Shown here piece after piece: positions 25,174 to 37,300 of a DNA stretch of 64,000 nt; position 1 is the stretch's first letter, and each line of letters starts with the position of its first letter. The position numbers and the translations under genes are program-made. The notes beneath the pieces were generated by a model. The model did not search any database, had not been told where the DNA came from, and was given only the letters and a program-made list of their open reading frames with translations. The stretch spans positions 95,046,001 to 95,110,000 of the forward strand of contig OZ360227.1 in NCBI GenBank assembly GCA_977017645.1, given 5' to 3'. Source of the DNA: Torpedo marmorata (taxonomy: Eukaryota).

Positions 25174-27956
25174 AAAGGTCATACATGTTAAATGGTAGAC
25201 AATTGAGAAGTGTAGTAAAACAGAGGGATTTAGGAATTCTGGTACATAATTCCCTGAAAGTTGAGTCACACGTAGATAGGGTGGTGAAGAAAGCATTTGG
25301 TATGTTGGCTTTCATAAATCAGAGTATTGAATATAGGAGTTGGGATGTCATGTTGAAGTTGTATAAGGCATTGGTGAGGCCAAATTTGGAATATTGTGTG
25401 CAGTTTTGGTCGCCGAATTACAGGAAGGATATAAACAGAATAGAGAGAGTGCAGAGGAGATTTACAAGAATGTTGCCTGGGTTTCTGGGTTTGAGTTATA
25501 GGGAAAGGTTTAACAGGCTGGGACTTTATTACCTGGAGCGTAGAAGGTTGAGGGGTGATTTGATAGAGGTATTTAAAAATTATGAAGGGGAAAGATAGTC
25601 AATGTGGACAGGCTTTTTCCATTGAGAGAGGGGAAGATTCAAACAAGGGGACATGGATTGAGATTGAAGGGGGAAAACTTTAGAGGAAACATGAGGGGGA
25701 ATTTCTTCACTCAGAGGGTGGTAGGAGGGTGGAACGAGCTTCCGGCCGAAGTGGTAGATGCAGGTTCAATTTTAATGTTTAAGGAAAAGTTGGATAGGTA
25801 TATGGACGAGAGAGGTGTGGAGGGTTATGGGCCGGGTGCGGGTCAGTGGGACTAGGTGGGAGAATATGTTCGGCATGGACAAGAAGGGCCAAACTGGCCT
25901 GTTTCTGTGCTGTAAATGTTATATGGTTAAAGATTATAAATCTTCTCTATCATTTTTAATTCCAAATCTTGAGGGAGTTTTAATACCAAGGAATTTAAAA
26001 CGTTCCTAATCTGTAAATGTTTAAAAAAAATTATGTTTAGTTATTTTAAATTTAGAAGATAATTGTTCAAAAGAGGCCAAATTTTGGTCAATAAAGAGAT
26101 CTTGGAAAGATTGGATACCATACTCTGAACCATTTGCAAAAACCAAAATCTTGTCCTGAAGGTTTTATAAAAAAAAAATGAATTAGCTAAAAGGGGACTG
26201 ATTAATAAAAATCTATGGCATCCAAAATGTTTTCTAAATTGAAACCAAATCCTCAATGTATGTTTAACAACAAAATTATCAGTTAATTTAGAAGCAGAAA
26301 AGGGTAATAGTGCTCCAACTATAGAAATGAGGGAATACTTCTTGGTAGAATCAATTTCCAAATTAATCCAACTGGCAACATCCTGTCCTTATGATGAACC
26401 CAAAAATTAACATATCTAATATTAGCTGCCCAATAATATAATCTAAAATTAGGCAACGCCAATCCTTTTTTAGGATTTTGAAGGAAAGTTTTATTAAGAT
26501 GAGGGTGTTTATTTCTCCAGACAAAGAAATAGAATCGAGCAAATCAAAAAAGGTTTTGGGAACAAAGACAGGTACAGCTTGAAAAATATATAGGAACTTA
26601 GGCAGGATATTCATCTTAATAACCTCCTTTTCTTGCCCTATTTGGAATAATTAAGTCAGCTGATTTAAAGTTGTCTAGGCTACAATCTCATGTAGTTGCC
26701 TTTGCTCTCCTTATTGCCAGAAGAGCTATACTTACGAGATGGAAGGATGCTGTCCCTCCTACACATACTCAATGGTTATCTGATGTAATGGCATGCTTGA
26801 CTCTGGGTGGGGGGGGGAATTAGATGCTCTACTGATGTAATGAACCTTAATTTTCTAAATTTATGGGGTCCTTTCCTTAATTATTTTCAGAATTTATAAG
26901 ATTATTGGATCCCATTTTATGGTTTGGTTGTCCTTTCATGCATTAATGGAACATATATGTTTAATCATAACTTCACAAGGGAGGGGTTAGATTATTAGTA
27001 GTTTTTGTTTTATATACATTTTGTTTTTTTATATTCATAGGTTGTTTACAGCTATTTGTTAATATACATTTACTTTGTTGGATATATATTGTTATTACCT
27101 ATGTATGAGTGTGTATATGCATATATATATTGGAAAGAGGAAGCATTTTATGGTAGAAACTTGAAATTCTTGGGAATAGTAATCAGCAATTGATTGCTTA
27201 ATTTTTAATGTGAATTGATTTTTGAATAAAAGGTGATGTGCAATGTGAAGCAATGGTCAATATATAGAATTGGGTTATCTGCAATCTCATTGAATGGCAT
27301 AATAGTCTCGAGAGGTTAAATGACCTGCTTTTGTTGTCTATTTTGTATGGAATAGCTTATTGCTTGAGGGGTTTTCAATAAGTGGGAGAGAACTAAAATT
27401 GCCAAAATTCATTGACGTGCACCAAGAACTTACTTTTTGGAAAGATGGAAAGCATAGAGTACTTTTCTATGACTAGTGATAATTATGCTCTTTACACTCT
27501 TCTGATTCTGTATGGTATTAACCTGTAGGTGCTTTTCCTCACAAATTGTTTGAAAGCTGACATGATAGGAAAGCCAGTACAAATTATTCGCAGCAGCCAG
27601 TGTCCTTCCTGGGAAAGCTGACTACACTTGTTCCTTTTTTTTTTAAAAAGTGTTTTTATGTTTTTAGCTTAAAGATTTATTTTAAGGTCACCATCTGCTT
27701 TGGACTGCTTTCAACTTAATGTTTTGATTAATTTTTTGATGAATTTTTTTAAAGAAAATTTGTATAGCATTTACAGGCAAGAATCTGAAAATGGAGGTTT
27801 TGCTCCATGTTATTCAAAGGAAGAAAGAAAAACTTTGAAAAATGTCGACTAAGTTTGCAAATCAGAATTAGATGACCTCACAAATACATTAACAGATCTA
27901 GGTGCACATAGCCAGGTTCTGGAAGTGCTCTGTAGTTGATCTGGGACTACTGATTA

Positions 27957-30900
27957 CACTGAACAATGAAGGCTTTGCTTCCTGAACACTTTTGGGTGTA
28001 TTTTATAGATTTTGGGCTACTGATCACGAAAATCACCTTAAAATTTTCTATCACGTACAGTTTTTTTCAGATATAATCTAACTTCCAAACTATATCCAGG
28101 TGATTGCCAACGAGCTTCAAGCATACAAAACCATGAAGTGCAATATGTCATTGAAAATTCATTTTCTGCATTCACACTTGGACTTCTTACCTGCTGATCT
28201 TGGTGAAAGGTTTCACCAGGACATTGCAACCATGAAAAAGCGGTATCAGGGTGTTATAAATTCAAACCAGCAACGACAGAAGACGCAATGCAAAAGGGGT
28301 AAAATTGAAATTTATATTTATTAAAGACAATTAAACATATAATTTCACAACAATTTTACCCCTTTTGCATTGCGTCTTCTGTCGTTGCTGGCTTGAATTT
28401 GTAACAAAATTGGGGGCTCGTCCTTGGGATTTGAATTAAAAAATCCATCTTGGTAATTGAAGGAATCCCAGTCTGGTTTAAGACATTCCTTTTGTAAAGC
28501 TAATTAAAAGCTAGTGTGTGTGTAACGAAAAACCAGCAACAATGGATGTAGGAAAATTTTTGGAATCACCTGAACCTGATACTTTAAAAAAGGCGAAAAA
28601 GGAACAGTTAGTGGCTATAGCAACAGAGTTGGGCATTGCTTCTGTAAAACCATTTATGAAAAAGGCAGAGATTGGGAGAAAAATTATCAAATACTATATA
28701 AAAGAAAAAAAGTTTGAGGCGAGCGTGTTGGAGCAGTTTCAAAAGGGTAAACCTTCTGAAAACATACAGTTGGAACTAAAGAAATTGGAATTGGAGGCAG
28801 CCAGGGAACAAAAGAAATTAGACACGGAATTGGAACAAAAGAAATTAGACACGGAATTGGAACAAAAGAGATACGAGAACGATGAGAAAAATAGGAGATA
28901 TGAGCTGGAAAAGATGAGGTTGGAAAATGAGAGGAGACAAGAAGAGCACCAAGATCAAATTTGTCATCCTGCTGAGGGGTTTTTGACTAGTAGAGAAGTT
29001 AGGTTGGTTCCTCCATTTGAGGAGGCAGAAATAGATAAGTACTTCCAGCATTTTGAGAAGGTGGCTGTGAAATTAAAATGGCCACAAGACCAATGGTCTC
29101 TTATGTTACAAAGTGTAATAAAAGGAAAAGCCCAGCAAGCTTATTCTATTCTTACCACGGAGCAAGCTGCTGATTATGAAATGGTGAAAAAGGCTATACT
29201 CCAGGCTTGAGTTAGTACCAGAGGCTTATAGACAGAAGTTCAGAAATTTAAAAAGATCAGCAACCCAATCTTACACAGAGTTTGCCTATGAAAAGGTTGT
29301 GTTTTGACCGGTGGTGCACATCTAAGGCGGTAAACAATGATTACAATCAATTGAGCGAATTGATAATAATCGAGGAGATTAAAAGGTGTGTTCCTGAGGA
29401 TATTACGGCACACTTAGATGAAAAGGAGGTGAAAACTTGGCAAAATTCAGCTAATTTAGCAGATGAATATGCTTTAACCCACAAGCCTAAGATGACGTCA
29501 GGCAGAATTTTCCAAAAGGTCACTAGATAATCCCAAGCAAGTGAAAAGTAAATTTGGAAGTGGTGTTAAGGAAAGGGATGAAGGAAAGTGGAAAAGGGAA
29601 AACCCTTCGGGTCCCATTTGTAGGAAGGCTGGTCATATGCTAGCAAGTTGTCCAGTGTTGAAAAAGAAGAGAGAAAAGGATGCAACACCTAATGCTTGTA
29701 TTCAGAGTGAGAAGAGGCATAACACTCAGGAAGGAGATAAATTTACTGACAAAGTTAGATGTATTTAAACCTTTTGTGACTGATGGTTTTGTTTCAGTTA
29801 AGGCAGGATCAAAACAAGTTCCAGTGAAAATCTTGTGAGATACTGGAGCTGCTCAGTCACTTGTGTTAGATAGTGTCTTGGAATTTTGTGAAGCTACTGA
29901 CACCGGTGACATAAATTTAATTAAAGGAATTGGGGGTGATGTTGAGTCCATTCCTTTGCACAAAATAGTGTTGGACTCAGACTTGGTGGAAGGACCTGTT
30001 ATAATAGGAGTGAGATCAGAGTTGCCAGTAGAAGGAGTCTCACTGTTGCTTGGCAATGACTTGGCCAAGGGTAAAGTAGTTCCTGCAGTGCAAATGACTA
30101 CTAAGCCAGTCATTGATAAGTCAGAGAAAGACTCTGATATTTATCTGGCATGTGCCATAACCAGGGCCATGTCTAAGTAAAATGTCACTGTAGAAAAGGC
30201 AGGGGAAAATAACTTGGTGAAAGAAAAAGTCAGTGATAATCAAGAACACCTGGAAAAGGTTGAGCAATCTCCTGTGTTACACCCATCCACTGATAAGACA
30301 CCTAAAGGCACAGATTTGTCACTATCCCGACAGGAGCTAATAGCAAGGCAAAAGGACGATCCTGATCTTGCTGAGGTGAGGGATAAGGTTCTCTCTGAAG
30401 AGGAGATTAAAAAGGTGCCAGTGGGTTATTATGGAAAAGATGGGGTGTTGATGAGAAAGTGGAGACCATGTGATGTTCCTGCCAATGAATAATGGGCAGT
30501 AGTGCAGCAGGTTGTGATCCCTAAAGTATATAGGGATACAATAATAACTTTGGCTCATAGTACACCCTTAGGTGGTCACCTTGGGGGTGAAGAAAACTAT
30601 AAGGAAGATAATGAAACAATTTTATTGGCCCAGTTTGAGAAGGGAGGTTGTAAGCTTTTGCCGGGCCTGTCACACTTGTCAGGTGGTGGGTAAACCTAAT
30701 CAGGGTCCCCCGGTGGCACCCTTGCAACCTATCCCTGCTTTCAGTGAGCCTTTTTCGAGAGTAATTGTGGACTCTGTTGGCCCATTGCCCAAAACCAAAG
30801 CGGGGAATGAGTATTTGTTAACAATTATGTGTGCAGCCACCAGATTTCCAGAGGCCATTCCTCTGAGAAACATTAAAGCAAAGTCAATTGTAAAGGCTAT

Positions 30901-33733
30901 GGTAAAGTTTTTCACCTTTGTAGGTTTGCCAAGGGAAATTCAATCAGATCAGGGCAGTAATTTCATGTCAGGTGTTTTCCAACAAGTGGTTGATGGACTG
31001 GGAGTTAAACAGATTGTATACTCTGCGTACCATCAGAAAGTCAAGGGGCCTTGGAGAAGTTCAATTCGACTTTGAAAAACATGATTAGAACCTATTGTTG
31101 TGAGAAGGAAAAGGATTGGGATGAGGGGGTTCATTTGTTGTTATTTACAGTGAGGGAATCTGTCCAAGAATCACTTGGTTTTAGTCCATTCGAGTTAGTT
31201 TTCGGACATGAGGTGAGAGGTCCTTTAAGATTATTAAAAGAACAGTGGATTAATAGTGATGTGCATTTAAATCTGTTAGATTATGTTTCAAAATTTAAGG
31301 ATCGGTTGAATAGGGCTTGTGAGATGGCAAAGGAGAATTTAAAGGCCACTCAACAGAGAATGAAGGTTTGGTATGATCGAAAGGCCAAGATGAGAACTTT
31401 TAAACCTGGTGAGAACGTATTAGTTCTGTTTCCCATCCATTCAAACCCTCTTAGGGCTAGATTTTCAGGACCCTATAGAGTTCAGTCAAAAATTAATGAT
31501 GTCACCTATGTCATAGAAACACCTAATCGCAGACGAGACACACAGGTCTGTCATGTGAATATGATTAAGCCATATTTTGAACAGGTGTCGCAAAAAGGGA
31601 CTGAACATTTACCAGAGGTGCTGGTTATTGACAGGAGTAAGGAGGAGACGGATAAAACCAGTTTCAGAGAGGGTCATGGGACTGTTAATTCTCTGAGTTA
31701 TGTAGTAGGACAGGGGAAGTTGGCGCCAGTAGAGGCAAAGGTTGTGACTATTTCCGAGTTCCCTGTTCCAACTGGTAAGAAAACTCTGAGGAGGTTCCTG
31801 GGAATGATTGGCTACTACCGCAAGTTCTGTAAAAACTTTGCTGTTCTTGCGCTCCCTCTCACAAATTTGCTTAGAAAGAAAGAAAAATTTGTATGGTCGA
31901 CAGGTTGTCAGGAAGCATTTGTCAAATTGAAAGCATGTTATGCCACCAACCTGTGCTTAAGTCACCTACTTTAGAACAGCCCATTTTCTTTAGCCGTGGA
32001 TGCCAGCGATGAAGCTGTGGGCGCGGTGCTGTTACAGAAGAAGAATGAAGAGGACATTGAACTTCTTCGAGAAGTAGGATACCGGATGGTCAATGATCAT
32101 CAAAGGAATTATTCAAACATAGAAAAAGAGTTGTTGGCTCTACAACACTTTGATGTTTATATCTGTACAGCTCAAAAACCACTCATAGTGTATACTGACC
32201 TAATTGATTGGTTTTTCTTTGTAAAGTGAAAAATAAGAATTGACGGTTGTTGAATTGGAGTCTAATTTTGCAAGAATATGATTTGGTAATAACACATAAA
32301 AGGGAAAGATAATGTAATTGCTGATTGTGTTTCTAGATGCTAAACTTTGTAAATGAAAATAGTTAATATTTTATGTTTGTGGATGAACAGTGTGGGTTTT
32401 GTTTATATTGTAACACCTCAATTTCTAAAATTTTGTTTTTGCAGACCAAAATTTTCTTTGTGGGTGGGAGGTGTTATGGACCATGACTGACAGTTTGGAC
32501 TGCGGACGGTAAGCAGGAAGGATGAAGTTTTTTTTTTGGAGTACACACTGGGACCTGGTACTGAAAGAGTTAACTTGTCCTTGTATTTACCAGAGAGAGA
32601 CATCAGGGGGAGACAAACTGTGAAAGGATACTTTGGTGTGAAACTTTGGAAGAAGGAAGCTAGGGAAACTCTCTCTCTACTATAAGGCCTGAAGTGGAAA
32701 ACTAAATCAGTGGCAGTTTTGGAGTTGCAAAGGCGGGAGAACTCAGCAGGATCCAGGTTTGTGCATCCCAGAGAACAAGTGGGGAGAATAGCACAGAGTC
32801 TCTTGAATCAGAAAAGTCCAGGCTTGTGTATCCCAGGGGAAACGGCTGGGAGAAAAACAAGGCCTGATGATTCGGCAGAATCCTGAGTTGAGAACAGCTT
32901 TTGTGAGGAACCGGCTGTGAAATCCAAGTATACGCCTTAATCCAAAACGGATCTGAATTCGCAATCCTTGTGAAAACACAAAGGAAAGTCATCAGAGAAG
33001 AAAAGCAAGCCAAGTATTCGTAAGCATAAACAGTCATTGTCTCTCTCCAATGTTCATTAAGAAGTCCTTCTTGCCAGCACACAGAGCTGAATTTGGACCC
33101 TGAACATAGAGAGTGAATTTTTGTGGACTGTATTATTTTTTTTTTTTTGACTGACTTGTTTTTATGACTGACCTGGGGTTTTTGGGGAAAGTTTTTCCAT
33201 TTTTACATGAGGGTTGGGCACAGACTGTAATGGTCTGGGCTTTATATATACACACACACACCTTTTAGATAAGAATAGTGTTTATAGACGTTTATAGTGG
33301 GGTTAATTGTTGTGAAATTATATGTTTAATTGTCTTTAATAAATATAAATTTCACTTTTACCCCTTTTGCATTGTGTCTTCTGTCATTGCTGGTTTGAAT
33401 TTGTAACAAAATTGGGGGCTCGTCTGGGAACAACTGGAATCCATCAATGCTGGCTGACTATTGTTGGACTCTGACACGAGAGGCATCAGATGATGAGTAC
33501 AAACGAAAATCAGTGGCAAAACATTTTTAGGTCAGTTAAACTAACGCAATGTGTCAGCGTCATTATGCAATTAAACATGCTAAATTCAATAAAAGTTAAT
33601 TTAATGTTTCTCCAACTTATGTGATACAGCAAATCTGAAATTATCTTTGCGTTCAGCTTGAAGTTGTCTATCATAATCCCCAATTTTTTTTTTTCAGGAA
33701 GCAAGCCTTTTGAAAAAATTTTGTTGTCCAGTA
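27957..33733 (+). mobile_element. Chapaev3-like (CMC) DNA transposon, internally deleted, split by an LTR element
   Basis: Transposase C-terminus CNMSLKIHFLHSHLDF...ERFHQDIATMKKRYQG|NWNPSMLADYCWTL. Termini CACTGAACAA / TTGTCCAGTA share an inverted AAGGCTT(T)GCTTCCTGAA motif. 3-bp TTA TSD. Confidence 0.75.
28252..33430 (+). mobile_element. Gmr1-like gypsy LTR retrotransposon (gag/SCAN-CCHC, PR, INT, partial RT, RNase H), degraded
   Basis: tRNA-Pro PBS TGGGGGCTCGTCC at 28411, gag 28518-29768, PR DTGAAQS at about 29840. INT (HxxxxGGH..C..C, IVDSVGPLP, SDQGSNF, GPY) at 30500-31580 lies upstream of the RT C-terminus (RRFLGMIGYYRKFC) and RNase H (DASDEAVGAVL). PPT at about 32461-32471; 3' LTR 32472-33408 (TG..CA). 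Confidence 0.92.
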
Positions 33734-34336
33734 TTATAGTTGGCATCACCAAATTTATCATGTTTATCATGTTTTTTGTTAACTAATTTATAACGCTTCA
33801 AAATAACTCCCAGCGACCATAGCTAATCTGCAGTACAAAGTTGTACCAATGAAGTTACTGGTGGTCTTTGTCTTCATTCCACTATCATTTACCATGTTAC
33901 AGGAATGCATAGAATGATTTTGCTAGATTTCCTTTAAAGCTGCCACAGCAGACAGAGTAATGGCTGCAGCAGCAAGCTTGAGACCATACACCTGAATTGG
34001 GTCAAAAGGGAAGACAAAGGAAGGGTTGCAGTGTGAGAGTGTTTCCATAAGGAGGAGGTCTTAGCTTCACATGAAATAGTAGTGGTGAGAAAGGTCGTTT
34101 CAGCAGCTAGCCATTCAGTTATTGTTGCTCTATGAATTGGAGGCAAATAATATGGTAGAAGCAATCCTGCATGCACCTGACCATATTACAGTGGGTCCTG
34201 TATTTCTGTCATAGGATTGAGAAAGGTAGCAGGAATAAAGTTATTCCATTTGTGTCCTTGTGTAAACAAATGACATATTGGTTTATAGTAAAAACACAAA
34301 AATGCAGGTCTTGCATCGTCCACAGGAGGTAAAGAT

Positions 34337-37300
34337 TTATTTTCTCCCAAAAATAGACTTTATTCATAATAAATAAATTAATTACAAAAGGAAAACCGTT
34401 CCAAGTCTCTTCCCACCCTTAGTTTTGTATCCATCATGGTACATTGTTACATTAATTTCTATTTGCACCAATGCAACCACTGTGGCACTGTGTCGTTACT
34501 TCCCCTTTATGGGTTTCCGCTCAGACACAGCCCCTCAATGCCCAGTAACGGAAGGATTCCAGACTGTGATCCTTCCCACCAATGCCCTCGCGTTGGCTGC
34601 GCCAAGCCTCAGCACGTACTCCTACAGACTGGAATGTTCCAGTCGGCAGCATTTCCGCACCGACATCTGGGTTCTGAAAAACCAACAGGTTTCGGGCAGA
34701 CCAAAGTATATCTTTCACAGAGTTGATGATCTTCCAGCAATTCTGGATGTCTGACTCTGTGTGCGTCCCCGGGTGCAGCACATAAACCAGAGTGTCCTCT
34801 GTCACGCTGCTGCTAGGGAAGAACTGTGACAGGGGACCCTTACATCCTTCTCCACACACTTTGTGATTCTGCAGAGGTGGGTGACTCTCTCCACTCCTTG
34901 GCAGTCAGTGTGAATTATGGGTGATGTTCTGACTGGGAGGGCTCCTCTCACCGCCAGCCAGGCCAAGTCCGGGTGCTTGTTTGTGAGCATTGGTGATGAG
35001 GCATTCTGCCAGGTGACCTGGACGGTCTGCTTTAGGAACCACCCCACAGTGTCCATAGAGTCCTCGTCTCTCAGTGTCTGCAGGATGTTCTGTGCTAACC
35101 ACTGCCTGATGGCTTTGTGGTCAAAGGCATTTGTCTGGAAAAACTTTTCCACGAAGGAAAGATGATGTGGCAAAGTCCAGCTGACTGGGACATTGGGGCC
35201 AGGCTCATCCTTCGCAACCCCTGGGACAGATAGAACCTCAGCACATAGCCGCACTTGATGCTTGTACTTTGATTCCATGCACAGCCTGATGCATCCACAC
35301 AGGTGGTCATCAGGATGAGGGCCATGCTGGGTACACTCTTGTCGCATTGTCTCGCGACTTGTATGTGGTGACCCTTTGGACCCTTGCCATTGTCACGGTC
35401 GCATATTTACCTTCGTCGGGAGCAGTGCCGGCTGCTGATGACGTAAGCGATGCGACGCGCGTCAGTAATAGCGCACATGTGCGGGTGTGTTAAGCGTCAG
35501 TATATGGGTGATGAATCTCAGATGCAGGAGGGTGAGAGTGATAGGATCACCTGTGTGGCAGTGAGCAAATGAGAAGGTCAGAGGAGTTAAGCTGGGTGGT
35601 GTTTGGGGAGTTGAAGAATGCAATGTTGTGTCTAGTGAATAATAAAAGAAAGTCGACTTCATGGTGTGCTGAAAGAAATGAGTGAGAGTATTCTTTATTT
35701 GTTTGTAAGCTGTGGTAAATCAGTGCTGTTATAAGTGGTGACCCCGTGAGTTCACAGTACCTTCTAATTTAAAATGGATAGTGATGAGGATAAACCCCTG
35801 ACAGGAGCAGTTGGAGAGGTCAAACTAAAGATTCCACCCTTTTTATTAATAATGCACTAGCATGGTTGATGATCCTCGAAGCACGATTCTCTGCCCTCAT
35901 GGTGACGAGTCAGGAGACGAAGTACGGTTTACTTGTGGAGCGTCTTCCAGAGAAGATTGTCTGTGAAGTGGAGGATGTCTTAGTGGATCCGGATGGTAAT
36001 CTCCCATACGACATGCTTAAGGCGGCTATTCTGTGGCGTACTCAGCCATCGAGGGAGACTCGTATTGCCCAATTACTAGCTGATGACAGCCTAAGTGATA
36101 GGCAACCGTCACAGACGTTGAGGAGGTGGCGCAGGCTAGCTGGAACAGACCCTGTCGAAGGCGATTTTTGGAAACACAGGTTCCTTCGATGTTTACCTCG
36201 TCATGTTCAAGAGCATTTGGTGAGTGTCTTTCGAATGTCCACCCTTGATCAGTTGGCGGATCATGCCGACCTCGTTATGTCCATGACCTCTGCATTGAAG
36301 ATAGAAGGATTGGCTTCTTCCCCTAGTCAACAGGAGCAAATGGAACAACTGCTTACTGCGCCTTGAAGTGCCAGCACCTTATCAGTCGAAGGTAGCGCCA
36401 GCACCTTATCAATCGAAGATAACTGAGTTGGAGCAGAAAATGGCAGCACTGACTATGCAGGTCCAGGCTTTGGGCATGCAATGGAATTCCTTCCGTCGAC
36501 CTAGTTGGAATCGTGGTGGTCGAGGACGTGGTAGAAGCGACGGACGGCGTATTTGTTGGAAGCACCGGAGATTTTGTGCTGCTGCCTGGTCCTGTCAGCC
36601 ACCTTGCGACTTCTACAAATGGCAGCCGGTAAACGACCAGACCCAGCAGTAGAGGCAACTGCTGCCCATGGGCACGTCGGCTGCCGTCTTTTCCTCAAAG
36701 ACCGTCTCTCGGGTGTTCAATTTCTTGTCGATTCCGGTGCAGAGATTTCAGTGGTCCCTCCAACCACGGAGGAACACAGATGCCCCAATGTGTCATGTAT
36801 TCTTTCAGCTGCGAATGATTCTCATATTCAAACATATGACCAGAGGTCACTCGCGTTGGAATTTGGTCTCAAGAAACCTTTTTGGTGGGTTTTCACGTTT
36901 GCAAATGTGGCAATTTCCATTTTGGGAGCAGATTTCTTGTCACATTTTTCTTTGTTGGTGGATTTGAAAAATTGCGTCGTGGACCGCAGCTCTTGTATGC
37001 GAGTGAGCTGCATTTGTCGTCCCTCCAATGTCGTTAGCCACCTGACGAGCCTTCAACCTGGCTCCTGCCCTTTCCGAGCCTTGCACAAGTGTTTCCCTTG
37101 CCTAGTGACCCCGTCGTATAGTCATACAGACGTTAAACATACAGTAACCCACCATATAGAGACTCGGGGTCCTCCGGTGGGCTACGTGTGGGCTCATAGA
37201 TTATCCCTGGACCATGCATCGCCTGTCTTGCACAATCGTACGAGGTCAGGCCGAGCTGTCAGCCCTCTACACCGTTACATAGCGGGACAGTTCCCATCAT

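Larger units (their letters stand above)
20027..25923 (+). mobile_element. CR1 LINE ORF2 (APE endonuclease and RT), degraded and interrupted twice
   Basis: CIYFNARSI, IVAISETWL, YYRPPN, IGDFNFPHIDW, KSPGPD, VPQGSVLGP, YAD(Y)TKIGG, RPNLEYCVQFWSP. TSD TGGTTAAAG at 20018-20026 and 25924-25932. Confidence 0.93.
19612..27137 (+). mobile_element. 5'-inverted L1 hosting a nested CR1/CR1/L1 stack
   Basis: Minus-strand ORF2 pieces at 26620-25933 and 20017-19612 end at PNPFLALFGI. The plus-strand piece from about 26622 resumes PFLALFGIIK...ARRAILTRWKD. TSD AGGAAGCATTTTA at 19599-19611 and 27138-27150. Confidence 0.85.
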
